This document shows positions 38,124-51,516 of a DNA stretch of 64,000 nt, piece after piece; position 1 is the first letter of the stretch; each line of letters begins with the position of its first letter. The notes under the pieces are model-generated. The model saw only the letters and a list, made by a program, of their open reading frames with translations. It did not search any database and was not told the DNA's origin. A program made the position numbers and the translations under genes. Where the stretch lies: the NCBI GenBank assembly GCA_010015585.1, contig ML975170.1. One strand, 5' to 3'. The stretch comes from Eremomyces bilateralis CBS 781.70 (taxonomy: Eukaryota).

Positions 38124-38935
38124 ATTGATGATATATTCCACACGCTTATGCACAAGCGAAATTGTTGCTCAATTGAAAGCTGGTCGAAAAGACGTCTGCA
38201 GTAAATGTGGAGGACGCTGCAACAAATGCTCGAAGGTGATCGGCAGGATCCAAATGTAGGACAATAAGACCGTGCTATATAAGGCAGTTCGGGGAAATCG
38301 AAGGTGGCAGTATTCGCTGAGGGATGGCTATTCCATTCTTTCGCAACGACTCGGTACGTCGAGGCAAGTCACAGTGGAAATCAGGTTCTGATGGGGAAAT
38401 AAAGCGAGCTCGGCAAGTGACAGAAAGTTGGCAGAGATATGATCCGAGAGTAGAAGAAATCCAAGTACGAGTAGCGGGCAAGGAGGGCTGCAGGCTAGAT
38501 TCGAGGACGGGAATGGTATGAACAGGAATTGGGGGTAGAGGAGGACAAGGAGGAGGCGTGACGGCCGAAGGGGAAGATAGCAGACGAGCAGTAAAGTCCA
38601 CGGTTGACGTTTCCAGAGACGGAGATCAGAGGGAGGTGAGACGACGAGAAAGATGCCAGAGAGTCGAATCTCGAAAGTTCCGCGCACGTGCCCCACTATC
38701 CTGATACAGTATGGTAATATCGCAGGCCAAGGCATGAGCTCTAGGAGTCCAAGGCTACAAACTGCATTAATAATCTTACCGTGACTCTCGTATATCTGTA
38801 GGGCCGGGGGACCAGGCATTCAGCTAGAACACACAACTTACACAACTTACACAATACAACAACTTCGCTGCTGGAACAACAGCACCTCACTCCCAACCAT
38901 TTTAGCACATCACGTGCGACAGGTAATTATGTACC

Positions 38936-39718
38936 TTACCTCAGCAAGCTCAGGCCATTGTGGTCGTGCCTGAGGCAACAAACCACACTATACCTAATCG
39001 GTAAATGCAGTTCTCGAACAAATAGCCTGAGGATTCTGTCAATGACGCTCACTGATAGATCGATAATTTTCATGTGTTTTTCACGATTTTGGAAACCTCA
39101 CTTTTGCATATTCTTCAATAACAACGCGGGGACTTATTATAATTGCCCTTAAATTCACTGGGCTGTGCAGCAAGGTATACTCTATCTAGAATTTGAATTT
39201 TTTCCACTCCCGATGCTTGTGTCTTGCAAAAAACTCTGATATGTAAGCAACCAGACTGCGTCAGAATCGTCAACCAACCACCGCAGATCGAGTACCAGTT
39301 CGTAGCTATTCTCTGCTCTCTAGAGACGTTGGGTTCAGTTGTACGCTGCGCCGAGAGGAGATTCGATCTGACATCGTCCAAATTTCACTGGGTTATCAAG
39401 AAACGATAGAGGATTCGATTGAACGTGTCAATTTTACTGTATGATAGCTCGTTGTGGAGGAAAACGAGGTTGAAGTGATTAAATTGCTCTCATACAAACG
39501 ATCTCGATTCAGGCCAAAAATCAATGACAGAATCCTCAGGCTATTTGGTCGAGGACCATACCAATTAGGTATAGCGCGGTTCGTTGCCTCAGGCATGACC
39601 ATAATGGCCTGAGCTTGCTGAGGTAACTCAGGCTATTTGGTAGAGGACCATACCAATTAGGTATAGCGCGGTTCGTTGCCTCAGGCATGACCATAATGGC
39701 CTGAGCTTGCTGAGGTAA
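38936..39718. mobile_element. Non-autonomous DNA transposon (MITE-like), about 110-bp imperfect TIRs, 8-bp TSD
   Basis: Left end TTACCTCAGCAAGCTCAGGCCATT.. (38936) is the reverse complement of right end ..AATGGCCTGAGCTTGCTGAGGTAA (39718). Direct repeat TATGTACC at 38928-38935 and 39719-39726. No transposase ORF inside. Confidence 0.92.
39535..39718. repeat. Tandem duplication, 2 x 92 bp, of the right TIR
   Basis: 39535-39626 and 39627-39718 are identical except for one base (GGTCGAGG vs GGTAGAGG). Confidence 0.95.
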
Positions 39719-40560
39719 TATGTACCGGATGGTACCATACTTGCCGTATTAGGATTAGCTGACACATATTTTTCCCGTCTGTCGAGGTCGTGGTCACGTA
39801 AAGACCCTCTCCTCCAGTCAGCTACAGCGTCCAGATGTGCAGAACTGCCATATTCTATTGTGACTTTTACGACGCTTGATTTCCTTGAAGTTCATTCCAG
39901 TATCATTACCAATTCGATTAAGCAATGATCACTCGATTGTTAGCTCAGTACCTCCCTTCTGTGTGAACGCATTCTATTAGGTGGTTGAGTCGCCCCTGTG
40001 CTGGGTCCGAATACTTGATGGTCCTTGACAATATCACGAACAATAGGCTATGCCAACTCCTCCATACCTACTACCTACCGTCCAGTCGTTACAATAGGGG
40101 TTAACACTGTTCGTCATGATATTGCTCTCTTTGCGTGTCTATTTCTGTTGCAGTATTTTTGTTCGCTCATCCACTACTCCTTTGTCCTAGTAATTTTTCT
40201 TTGAAGTCAAAAGTACCTACAGAACAAAGGAACCCCGGCATATGGATAATGCATTGTCTGCCTCTACTCGGGTTCCAGGGCTTCAAATGCTCCTGGATCG
40301 TTTCGATGAACTATACCAACATCCAATTTTGCGCAATGATATTGTATACTATACAATGGAGCCAGGCGACCACATATAATCCGCCGTAAATGACCCCAGA
40401 GCAGGAGAAACCCTCCTCACCAAGATTCCAAACAAGCTTTCCAACAGACCACTTGTTCAAAATAAACTAGACGCAACCTCTGCTCACGAAGTGTCCATAC
40501 CAAGCATAAAGGCAAGGGAATTGTCGTTAGCCTGCCCTAGGAGGGCTCCAATCTCGGACG

Positions 40561-40785
40561 ATGGAACCACGTCTTCGGACAAAGGTTCTTGAGGCTCTCG
40601 AGGCTCTCGGCCAGTTATGGTGGGATCCTACCCCGGATCCTCACGTGTCACTATCGTCTTTGCACGGTCGTATTCCGGCCTGGAATTGTTGCCTGTGTGG
40701 CCGCTGGAATCATGGCGATGTAGGGAGGTGCCTTTGTGGTCACCGCCAGTGCTGTGACTGCGCGTATCCATCCAGAGAAGCATAA
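40561..40785 (+). CDS. Possible small Cys/His-rich zinc-ribbon protein
   Basis: 74-aa ORF ending WNCCLCGRWNHGDVGRCLCGHRQCCDC; no other support. Confidence 0.4.
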   Translation: MEPRLRTKVLEALEALGQLWWDPTPDPHVSLSSLHGRIPAWNCCLCGRWNHGDVGRCLCGHRQCCDCAYPSREA

Positions 40786-41444
40786 GTTGAGAGGCATATC
40801 GCCACAATGCTTACCTTGATATAATCGCCAGCAGTACTTGACAATATCGAACGTGTCTTGAGAGCAATAGAAGAACAATAGAAGGGCAAGAGAAGAGCAA
40901 GAAAAGAGTAAGAAAAACATAAAGAAAAAAATACGATGATGAAGGGCCATCCTCATCCACGTTGTAAAAGAAAGATCATTCCAAGACCAAGTTATGAAAG
41001 TGATTTCACGTGTGATACTTTAAATCCGAAGGCAGCCTACTTGTTATACTAGCCGTAAAGGTCCATTGAGAATATGATGTCTCAAGGGCATCAGCGCACC
41101 ACTGATGGTTTCTGGGTATCGTCAATCTTAGCATGGAAGGATATATTCGGTATCCCACAACGTCGGGGTTCAGGATAAGCAATGTTAGTCATTAGCGATC
41201 TGCGACATTTTTCTCTCTGAACTCTTGCTTTCGGCGAAATGATGTTATCAAAGTGGTCGGATGCGTCTTCCCAAGGCTTTCCGACAATAAATCCGCGAAC
41301 AAGTGTAAATGTACTCGGTAGAGAGAGAAAGAATATGTCTGAACCTCTACGGATGGACTCTAGCAAAGACACTAGCGTGATTGAGGGTGGTGAATACCAG
41401 ACCCAACTCCCTTTAAACCACGACAGGTCCCAAGTCAAATCACC

Positions 41445-42278
41445 CTATGATATGCCTCCTAGGTGACCTGTTCCGCTTAAGTCTTCTCTGGACCCATACG
41501 CTGGTGGTAAATCATCTGGATCATCACCTCCAGCGGAACCCGGAGCGTCATCCCCTCCTCCGTGGAACAGACCCGTCATCGCTGCACCGTCGGTAGGTCC
41601 TCCACCATCTCCAACCTCCTCATTCAGTGCTCCCAGTGCACCCATCGCGCCACCTCGGCGTGCTTGACTTCGACCTCGACCTCTTCTGCCCCTGCGGCTT
41701 CGTTGTATGCCTCTCATGCCCATGGGATCTATCATAGGGCCGAATCCTCCCATCATACCCATATTCCCCTGCATATCACCCATACCAAATCCTCCCATGC
41801 CCATGCCACCCACACCCATATCCCCCTCTATATCATTCATACCCATGCCTCCCATACCCATCCCACGCCTGCCTCTACCCATCATCCCTCTGCCTCGAAT
41901 CCCTCTCCCGTGCATACCCCTTCCCCTCATCATCTCTATCTCCATAGCTTCCATATCTCCGAATGCCAGATCACCCATACCCATTGTCCCTCCTCTCCTC
42001 CACCTTCCCCGTCCTCGCATCGGTCCTAGCATCGGACCCATACCGCTTATCCACATGCCACCCATGTCCATCCTATGCCGACCACCACCTGCCATCGGGT
42101 CCAATTCCGTATCATCCCAGAATTCGATATGGCGGCGGTGTCGCGAGCGGTGATGTCCTGAGGGTGGAGAAGGATATCGTCGTACTGTAGCACCAGGACG
42201 CCTGCTGTTGTCATCGAATGAGTCTGCGGAACTGCATCCACAAGTGAGGAGGCACGCGATACAATCGAGGAGGCCCAT
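41445..42278 (-). CDS. Hypothetical Gly/Met/Arg-rich low-complexity protein with Cys-rich N-terminus
   Basis: 277-aa ORF: MGLLDCIACLLTCGC start, GMG/GRG repeats, PPAY near the C-terminus; TATA-like TTTATA on the minus strand about 200 bp upstream. Confidence 0.65.
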   Translation of the reverse strand: MGLLDCIACLLTCGCSSADSFDDNSRRPGATVRRYPSPPSGHHRSRHRRHIEFWDDTELDPMAGGGRHRMDMGGMWISGMGPMLGPMRGRGRWRRGGTMGMGDLAFGDMEAMEIEMMRGRGMHGRGIRGRGMMGRGRRGMGMGGMGMNDIEGDMGVGGMGMGGFGMGDMQGNMGMMGGFGPMIDPMGMRGIQRSRRGRRGRGRSQARRGGAMGALGALNEEVGDGGGPTDGAAMTGLFHGGGDDAPGSAGGDDPDDLPPAYGSREDLSGTGHLGGIS

Positions 42279-43163
42279 ATCGGTGATTCAATGAGCCTCT
42301 GATCGGGGGAGTTGATCAGGTTTGCCGAAGACAATGGTATTGTTGAGTTGCGAGGAACGAAGTTGGCACCAAACTCAAACCTGGGAGGAATAGCGGAGTT
42401 TAAAGGCATCGGGGTTTGATACCGGCGGAATTAAAGAGACTAATAACTTAAGACGCATTAGTACTATATGTCGTGGCTATATAAACGGGAATGAGTCAGT
42501 CAAGTGACTGCAGGACAGTTAAACAAGGTATCACACACGAATGTATTCACCAGAATAATGTCTAAGGAGTACATACGCGACCCCGGATGCCCATTGTGGG
42601 AGACCATCTAGGCATATTACTGTGCCGGCATTTGTTCAGCTGCTAAGGTCAATTAGAAGGTAAAATCAAAGGGAGACGTTCCCCCTCCCACTGAGCGTTC
42701 TGTCGAGTACTCGACTTAGTTGCTTTTCTTTGCGGTTGTCTAAAAGCGTAAGACATCCACACATATCAGGGAGCACTATCAGTTTTCGGCCAGCAATCGA
42801 AAATAGGACGGCGGAGGACGAGAAAAAAAAAGACGTCGACATCGACACACTTCGAACACACAAGAAGGACAGCATTGACTGCCGGCCACAAGTCACGGAA
42901 TGAAAAGGGGTGTTGATTGCGTATTATAATGTACGGGAATCTTAAGGTGTGGCCGAATCATAGTATTTTTTGAAATAGAGCGGTTGAAAACGTCTCTACG
43001 CTGGCATCTGGATATGGCTCACCTTTCATCAGGTGCCCAACAATAAATGCAGGTACCATCTGATAGCTTACCACAGGAATACGATGTATCCTAGATTATT
43101 GCGCTGCTTTTAAACAACGATGAAACCCCCCAGTTTGAGCCTTGAAACCATTGATACTCGGAA

Positions 43164-44015
43164 CTAGCTCTCCCTCAGGATGAACTGAGGAAAGCTAGGA
43201 TCTAGTGGATGTGGAATAATGAATCCACGGCCGGAATAAAGGTTAACTGGTCCCCGATTATCGCGTAGTGCAAGAGAAGGTGGCCCAAAGAGAGACATAG
43301 CAAGTATTGGCGCGCTAGATCCGGGAGGTTGCCGAAAACCTGGTATGAAACTAAACGGAAAAAAGGTTCCCGCGGAAAGTTCCAATCTAGGTAACCCATG
43401 GTCCATCTCATGACCTCCGCTCGTGAGTGGTGGCACTAGTTGTAGAGATTCTCCTCGGACTTGTGCTGGACTTCTATTGGGACGGCGATAGTACATCTGG
43501 TCCCCTAGACTTAGCTGCCTAGAACGGGATGGTGGATCCCAGCGCCCTTGCGTGTATTCTCCTTGGCCTCGTCCTGGACTTCGCTTAGGGCAGCGATAGT
43601 AAAGGGGTTCCCCTAAATCTTGATACCCAATGGCCGGAATTTGACCTAATGGGGGATTAGGGGAAGAGGAGCGCGGGGAAACGGATAGCTGCCCCGGGGA
43701 AGCGTACTCTACAATCGTTGTTGGGATGTGTTCAACGGAATGGGATCCCCTCGGTGGCAATAATATAAAACCTTCATCCTTACTAGAGCCACCGCCTCCA
43801 TAGGGTTCTTGCTTTGAAAAAGCGGACGATTCATTGACAGGTACGGGGAAGGCAAGGTCAAACTGGCCTTCCACGAACTCGAAACCTTCTTCTCTTTGGT
43901 CGAATGGTTCAAGAATTTGGTAGTCCTCCAGGGATTCTAAAACTGGCTCGGATTCGCTCCGTTTGCTATTAATATTAAGTTCGTGCATATCGAATGGTAT
44001 GTGGATGAGAGGCAC
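43164..44015 (-). CDS. Hypothetical Pro/Ser-rich orphan protein
   Basis: 283-aa open frame with an internal imperfect repeat (LGEPLYYRCPKRSPG / LGDQMYYRRPNRSPA). Start uncertain. Confidence 0.45.
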   Translation of the reverse strand: MPLIHIPFDMHELNINSKRSESEPVLESLEDYQILEPFDQREEGFEFVEGQFDLAFPVPVNESSAFSKQEPYGGGGSSKDEGFILLPPRGSHSVEHIPTTIVEYASPGQLSVSPRSSSPNPPLGQIPAIGYQDLGEPLYYRCPKRSPGRGQGEYTQGRWDPPSRSRQLSLGDQMYYRRPNRSPAQVRGESLQLVPPLTSGGHEMDHGLPRLELSAGTFFPFSFIPGFRQPPGSSAPILAMSLFGPPSLALRDNRGPVNLYSGRGFIIPHPLDPSFPQFILRES

Positions 44016-44715
44016 AGTATCCTATTCCAGATGCAGAGCGGACTGCTTCTTAGATCATCCAGGACGGCCGGAAGGAAAATACGAACTCGGTGGATGATAC
44101 TCCTGTCTGAGATGGGTTGAAAGAGACTGAAATCGAAACACATTGGCCCGATGATGACTAGAACTCCATTTCTTATATATAGGTGCATTCAGAAGGAAGA
44201 GTCAGAATGTGAACACGGTCATGCTCGATGTCAACTTTAAAAAAAGGATAAATGAATAAAAAAGTCATCAAATAGAGGACTCATCAAAGTAACAACAGAT
44301 AAGCATGAAACAACATGATAGCTGATATTGGAAGTAGGAAGATCAAGGTTATTGGGAACTTTGTTGGCGGCTTGTGTGAAGGGACAGTCTCGTCAAAAGG
44401 TCCCGTCAATCTGTGTGCGCGGTGACTGCGACCACTATGGGCAGTTCTTATTCTAAAGGAACAACTTGTGATACGTTTTGCCAACCAGTACCATCTTTGT
44501 ACATGGTGACAGCAGTTTCCGATTGTCCTGAGAGAACCCCTTGCCTTTTGCACGCGTGTAGTAGAGTACTGGAACTAGCCCCTGAAGTATTGGAAATTCA
44601 TTTTCAATGAAAATGATACTGAAGTGAGGGGAGATCAAAATGACTGAGATTCCAAGATGGTGGATAATCCAGATATCGTATCTCGAAATTGAAGGGAAAA
44701 AATGCAAAAAGGAAG

Positions 44716-44796
44716 CTCCCGATCGGGGAATTGAACCCCGGGCTCGAGCGACTTGTCACATGACAAGCTCAGATGTTACCACTACACCAATCGGGA
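44716..44796 (-). tRNA. tRNA-Asp(GTC) with a 10-nt intron
   Basis: Minus strand TCCCGAT..ATCGGGA acceptor stem, D-arm GTGTAGTGGTAACAT, anticodon arm TGAGC-TTGTCA[TGTGACAAGT]C-GCTCG, T-arm CGGGG-TTCAATT-CCCCG, and a downstream oligo-T terminator. Confidence 0.95.
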
Positions 44797-45513
44797 ATTA
44801 TTGAAGGAAAAGAGGCTTTTATAAATTTATGATAATTTCTTGTTACTAATATTTTGCTCATTCCAACGCCCATGTCACTGTCCATGTTCCAATTTCTGGG
44901 GTAGAGATGAACCCAACAGCATTTAAAGGATTGTAATAGTGGAATTTCAGATGGTTGGTCAATTGCCGGACAATAGTTAGACGACAATATAATTGCATTA
45001 TTCCGTACAGTGCTCTCAAAATCATATTGCCACCTAATTACCGACCGCTCTGCTGCAGTCACACGAAGCTACATCCCTGTCTCCTGACGCCCATTGATTG
45101 GCTTAATACCACATCCTCTGATCTCCACCATGACATCGCCATATGATCGTCCAGTGTTCCATGTTCCGTTTTCTGTACATACACAACACCACTCCATTAA
45201 CCCAATCGACTGTACAAGTATCACGACCTTTACCATCCCTTTCGCTCCTGTGCTCCATTGGTATATATATTCTCCTTCCCCATTTCCTCATCCTCCCTGT
45301 GTTTCCTTTCTATGTGATGAACACAGCCTTTTTTTGTTACATGGTCTCTGCAATAGAATAGACACCAGCCGCACACACATCCCCAACCTGTCATTTGTTG
45401 GCCTCTTGTCCACGTCCGATCTCTTGCCTCTACCATCCGAAACGCCATCGGTCAGACACAGCAGGAACGAATCTATCGTTTTCTTCGGCTGGACCGATTA
45501 GCTTTGGCGTGAT

Positions 45514-47949
45514 ATGACCTCGCAAAACCAGCTTCGGAACCCCTCCACCACAGACCCGCACAGGACCCCCAATTCTCCCCCAGATCATGACCCTCTGTCG
45601 TCAGCCGAGGTATATTATGGCCAGTCTCACTCGAAGGGCAAGGGCGGTAGGATTCGGACCCTATCAGCGGTGAGTAGGACGCTTCCAATTACTGCTGCTC
45701 CAGCTAATACAAGAACTGTCTAGGTCACCGATCGAAGTGACCGGAACCCCTTGCAGTTTTCCCAGTACCGCTCTAAGAATAGGAGATTGAGTCATGGTAA
45801 GTGGGAAACTCCATCAAGTTCGAGGTTTTGACAGCTAAGTAGTATTGTACCAGATGAGCATCCAATCAATCCCCGCAAGTTCCTCATTCCAGTAGAAGCG
45901 ACCCTCAAAGCCCTCCTCGATAGGGAGGATACAGACAGGAATATGCAGATCACAATTGAGGATACTGGACCTAAGGTTGGTGGTGGTTTGGTCTGTCACA
46001 CTGCGGTCATCCTAACAAGTATCAGGTACTACCGGTGGGCACAGCCGGATCCCAGGGTTTGAAGACGTTTGATATTCGCGGAACCTATATGCTGGCGAAT
46101 TTGCTACAAGAGCTCACCCTTGCCCAAGATCATGGTCGAAAGACGATCATCCTGGACGAAGCAAGACTGAATGAGAATCCGGTCCATCGGCTCAACCGAT
46201 TGATCAGGTACTCATTCTGGCAAGGGCTGACCCGGAGCATTGATGCCTCCAATATCCATATCACAGGTGCTGATCCTAAGGATTGGACAGAGGATCCTAG
46301 GCCACGCATCTACATTCCTGTTGGCGCGCCCGAGCAGTATGAGTATTACTTAAACGTAGCGAAGGAGAAACCGGAGATGCGATTGGATGTTCAGTGGCTT
46401 CCCGAAAAGTGCGATGACCCCGAGTACGTCCGCGACCTCAATGCAGCGCCGGGGCTGCTTGCCCTCGCCATGGAGGAATTTGCTAGCCCCATCACCGGCG
46501 AGGTCGAACTGCGAGGACTCCCATTTGTCGTCCCTGGAGGCCGGTTCAACGAGCTTTACGGCTGGGATAGCTACATGGAGTCACTTGGGCTGCTTGTCCA
46601 TGACCGGGTCGACCTGGTCAAGTCGATGGTCCTCAACTTCGGCTTCTGCATCCGTCATTATGGCAAAATCCTCAATGCCAACCGCTCCTACTACCTCTGC
46701 CGTACGCAGCCACCATTCCTCACCGACATGGCTCTCCGTGTCTACGAGCGCATCAAACAGGAGCCGGGCGCTCTCGACTTTCTCCGTCAAGCCATCCTCG
46801 CGGCCATCAAGGAGTACCATTCCGTCTGGATGGCGGCACCGCGCTACGATCTGGAATCCGGGCTCTCACGATACCGCCCCGCTGGCATTGGCGTGCCCCC
46901 CGAGACCGAGGCCTCCCACTTCTTGCACCTTCTTGAGCCGTACGCCAAGAAACATCAACTGTCGTTCGCCGATTTTGTGAGCGCCTACAATGAGGGCCGC
47001 GTCCACGAACCGCTGCTCGACGATTACTTTCTGCACGATCGTGCTGTCCGTGAGTCCGGACACGATACGTCTTATCGCCTGGAGCGTGTCTGCGCCAACC
47101 TTGCCACCGTGGACCTCAACTCCCTTCTGTACAAGTACGAAACGGACATCTCCCGCACCATTCGCGGCCATTTTGGCGATTCGCTGGTCGTCCCCGCCGA
47201 GTTCTGCGCGCCCGGAAAGATCGCCGGCTACGTCGAATCATCCGCGATCTGGGACCGCCGCGCGAAGAAACGCCGTGCGCTAATGGAGAAGCTCATGTGG
47301 GACGAGGAGGCCGGCATGTATTTCGACTACGACACCGTTAACCGACAGCGTAACACGTACGAATCGGCCACGACGTTCTGGCCCATGTGGTCGGGCGTCG
47401 CCACACCCCGGCAAGCCGCTGTGCTGACCAGTCGTGCGCTGCCCAAGTTTGAGATGTTCGGTGGGCTGGTGTCGGGGACGGAGGAGTCGCGTGGGCCGGT
47501 GGGACTGGACCGACCGAATCGACAATGGGACTACCCGTTCGGTTGGGCGCCGCAGCAGATGTTGGCCTGGGTGGGGTTTGAGCGGTACGGGTACTACGAG
47601 GAAGCGCAGCGATTGGCGTATCGGTGGTGCTACATGGTGACCAAGTCGTTTGTCGATTTCAACGGGGTGGTGGTGGAGAAGTACGACGTGACGCGGGAGA
47701 TTGACCCTCACCGTGTGGAGGCCGAGTATGGCAACCAGGGGATTGATTTCAAAGGGGTTCCACGAGAAGGGTGAGTTTGCCATTTTCTTTCACACCTTGA
47801 TGAGCCATGACACTAACTACGGTTGCAGATTCGGCTGGGTCAACGCTAGCTACGCATACGGCATTAACCTTCTCACGGCACACATGAGACGCGCGCTGGG
47901 CGCGATGACTACCTACGACCAATTCGTCAAGGCGACCGAAGCCATATAA
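45514..47949 (+). CDS. NTH1: Neutral trehalase (GH37)
   Basis: RRLSH PKA-type site, Ca-binding [53 protein letters not shown]; introns at the 5' end and at about 47771-47828. Confidence 0.97.
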
Positions 47950-49315
47950 TTTTGAGTCTCGCCGATCACTCGAGTCAGGGGCGAACGCCTGGCTGTGGTG
48001 TATTGCATGGGATAGAGAGGGGATGGACGGGCCAAAGCATCACTGGGAAGTGCGCGAAACGTGTCTACATGATAGAGTTGCATGCTAGAGCTTTACTCCA
48101 CTTGGGGAGGATCAGTTGTATTCCTGTTGGATACCGCATAGTAGCGCAGTACTTCGACCATGTGGTCAGGATGTTGTGTTTGGGGATTGTCTGAGGCTCT
48201 TCATGTTTCTACCTTAGGGAGGTTCAGTTACTACTGTATCCCATCCCATACCCGTAACCCACCTCGAGCAAAAGCTCTCCTCGATGACTCGACAGATGAC
48301 TCGATGTGTGGAACAGTAGATGTCTCTGCTTGAGGCGCTGGACGATTGGTCGATTGGTCAGCGTCGCTACCAGACGAATGATGTGATGATGTCAGATGTG
48401 AGATGTCAATCATGTCAATATGTCATTGAGTGCATACACACGGACCACATGCAGCCGAAATATTAGCGTTGAATGCAGGCGACGAGGACTCTGAATTCTC
48501 GGAATATTATCGCTCACCAAGCACCCGACAAAAGGACCGGATGGTGGAATTCCGTTGGAATTGTAACTTGCAACCCAGTACCCAGTGAATGCATATAGGC
48601 ATGAAGGCATGAAGCAAGGAAAGCCACGTCACATCTGATATGCGAGGCTGCTAGTAGTGAAAGTTGTTGTCAAGGGTCAGGTCATGTGATGCTACCTGAG
48701 TCCCTAAGTACCACATGACCTCATATCACATGACCCACCAAAATAGCTTAGATTTCCCCGGATTCTATTGGACGCTTGAGTGGATTAGGGACTTGGCGGA
48801 TCCCTCTTGCCAAGAATACAACGACCTGCGGCCTTGCCTTGCCACCTCACACAGTCTACCCACGTCAACACCACAATTGATCATAAATTCATAAATTCAA
48901 ACTCCAATATTGTCCGGTTTGACTCTGCTCTATTGTCGGTATAAGTACCGTGAATACCCCTCGATTCTTACTGATTCTTCTTCTCATGCACCTCATGGAA
49001 TCCTCAGCGCAACCGCTTCTTCGTTCGACTTCATACTATCACCAGTCGTACTTACAAATACACCACCACTGTCAAGACCTCGCATATTCGGCACTGACCT
49101 GACACACCGCCGTGAATTCCAGCTCTTGGACTCGAGTCACCTTTCCGACCCTGACTCAACCTTTTCTATTCACCTGCGCACCTTTCTCGTCATCCGCCGA
49201 CCCACTACGAACGACCCTGTGACGGTCTAAACCACACCGCAACTCCGACACCCCGCGAACCTATCTCTCTCCACCCGCTACTCACTCAGAAAACTAAACC
49301 TCAAGAACATCCAAC

Positions 49316-50941
49316 ATGCACGATCTCCGCCGCCGTGCTCTCGAACGTGGAGAGGCGGGAAAGACCCTCTCGCGCAAGCAGCGCACCCGCGTCACCTCCG
49401 GCCTTGCGCCCGCAAGCGCCCCATCGTCTCTCAACGCCTCCCTCAATAACTCCCGCGCCGCGTCGCGCACCAACTCGCGCCCTCCTTCACGGCATGACAG
49501 CGACGACGAAGACGACACGGGGCTCAGCGACAGCACCTTCTCGCTCGGGTCGCTGGACGCGGCGCTCGAGGAAGATATTGCGACGACCACAGGCGGGGTG
49601 GGTTTGATGGAGAGGGTCGAGGCAGTGATTGGGAAAGATAAGAAGGCGAAGGAGGCGAGAGAGAGGGATTTGGCGGCGCTGGCGTATGTACTTACGCACT
49701 CCGTGGGAACGGCGGAACTAGAAGGGCGGGAGCTCACCGTCGTCCGCGGGTTGTTGAAGGTCGTTGGGAGGGGCACCGAGGATGACGAAGGAGAGCGAGA
49801 GGCAGTTCTGGGATTGAGAGGTGAGTACATATTTGCAAGAAATAGTTGAAAACCGGGGACAATGCTAACAACGGATACAGCACTCGCGGCCGTGTTCTTG
49901 ACATCACCTACGGAATCTCTCTTCGCCGCCACCGTCTCGCCGCTCAAGCGAACCATCGTCGACGCCTTGTCCAACACGATCAAGACCGCTGGCCTTCATG
50001 CGCTTGGGCTCGCGGCTTACTACGGCGGCGCAGGCGAGCCTGAGATTGTCTCGACGATGCGATTCCTGCTCGATATCATCCAAAGCGACGGCGGCTCCGT
50101 GGAAGCGACCGACGAGGGCGAAGTGGTCGTGGCCGCGCTGGAAGAGTGGGGATTCCTCGCCACGCGCGTCCGTTTCTCGGAAGATGAAGACGTCGAAGAG
50201 GCGATGGATGCGTTCATCGATCAGCTCGAGAGCTCGGATGCGTCTGTGCAAGTGGCCACGGGGGAAAACATCGCGCTCGTGTTCGAGAAATCGCGGATCG
50301 CCACGGACGAGCTGGATTCGGACGACGAGTCGGACTACGAGCCGGACGACGCGGCAGATGAGGACGCGGACGACATTGACAGCGAAGAGGAAGACGAGGA
50401 GGAGAAAGGGTACCGCAAGATTTACACCCCCATCGCTCCCCACACCATGCCGTCTCTCGAATCCACGCTCTCCGACCTGGCCACCACCTCTGCTCGCTCC
50501 CTCAATGCCGCCACCCGCCGCCGACTCCATTCCTCCTTCACCGACATCCTCCACTCCGTCTCCTATCCCACCCACGGCCCCCGCTACTCCACCGCGCTTG
50601 ACCACAACACTGGCCGCGAACTCGGATCCCGCCTCGTCGTCCGCCTCGGCGGCCCCGGAAAATCCGGCGGCGAGGTGCGCGTGAATAAGTGGTGGAAGCT
50701 GCACCGGTTGCAGGCCTTGCGGCGCGTGCTGCAGGGCGGGCTGAGCACGCATCTGCTGGAGAACGAGAGCGTGTTCCAGACCATCCCGGTACTGATCACA
50801 CGGAAGGCCGCGGCGGGGGCGGGGAAGTGGGGGATCGGGAGCCAGCCGATGAGTCGGGAGCCGAGCGATCGGGGGTATGGGAGTGGGACGGAGAGTCCTG
50901 GACGGAGGGGACGATGGAAGGGGCAGCCGGAGTTTGAGTAG
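49316..50941 (+). CDS. IFRD (interferon-related developmental regulator) domain protein
   Basis: MHDLRRRALE..GKTLSRK start, AALEEWGFLAT, QVATGENIALVFEK, WWKLHRLQALRRVLQGG..H; intron at about 49821-49880. Confidence 0.85.
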
Positions 50942-51516
50942 TCGGTGGTTCCTGTTTGGCGGCGTTCCGGTGGAAACGTTCTGAGACATTTAGGTTTTGT
51001 GATGAATCGGGATGCGAGTCACGAGGATGAGTTGAACTGCATGTTTCGGGCATCATGTTGGCATGGTCTTCATTTGTTTGCTAGATAGTGAGCGTCTTTT
51101 GCATCATATGAGTGGTTTACTGAAGTCTTTTTTTAATGTCAAGGGAGGGAAGATAGGCGTGGTCTATCAAACGGGGGCATATGGGATGGGATAGAAGTTT
51201 CCTTTCCCGCACATATATGATATATACCCAAAATTCGAGCGATTCCCATGCTTTGTATGGCCCGTACAGTGCACTACAGTCACGAGTGATCAAACCATCC
51301 ACGCAAGGCAAAAATTTGGGGCGTGAGATGTTCCATATATCATCTATTGATCCTCCATCGCTAATCCTTCAAATCCGTCGTCACCCTTCGTCACGAACAG
51401 CTTCTTCAGCTCATCATGCATCGCTAAAGTTGACGGCTCCACTTCCTTCTATCCAACGACCTCCGCCGCCCATCCTCGTGACCTCTCCCCGATCACCGCC
51501 ACGTTCCACCCTTCAC

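Noticed and set aside
39535..39718. CRISPR-like direct repeats
   Set aside because: Two abutting copies with no spacer, part of a TIR, in a eukaryotic genome.
49904..50989. 361-aa antisense ORF over IFRD, and similar shadow ORFs over GEM1, CCT5 and vigilin
   Set aside because: Expected by-product of GC-rich codon usage on the opposite strand; no motifs.
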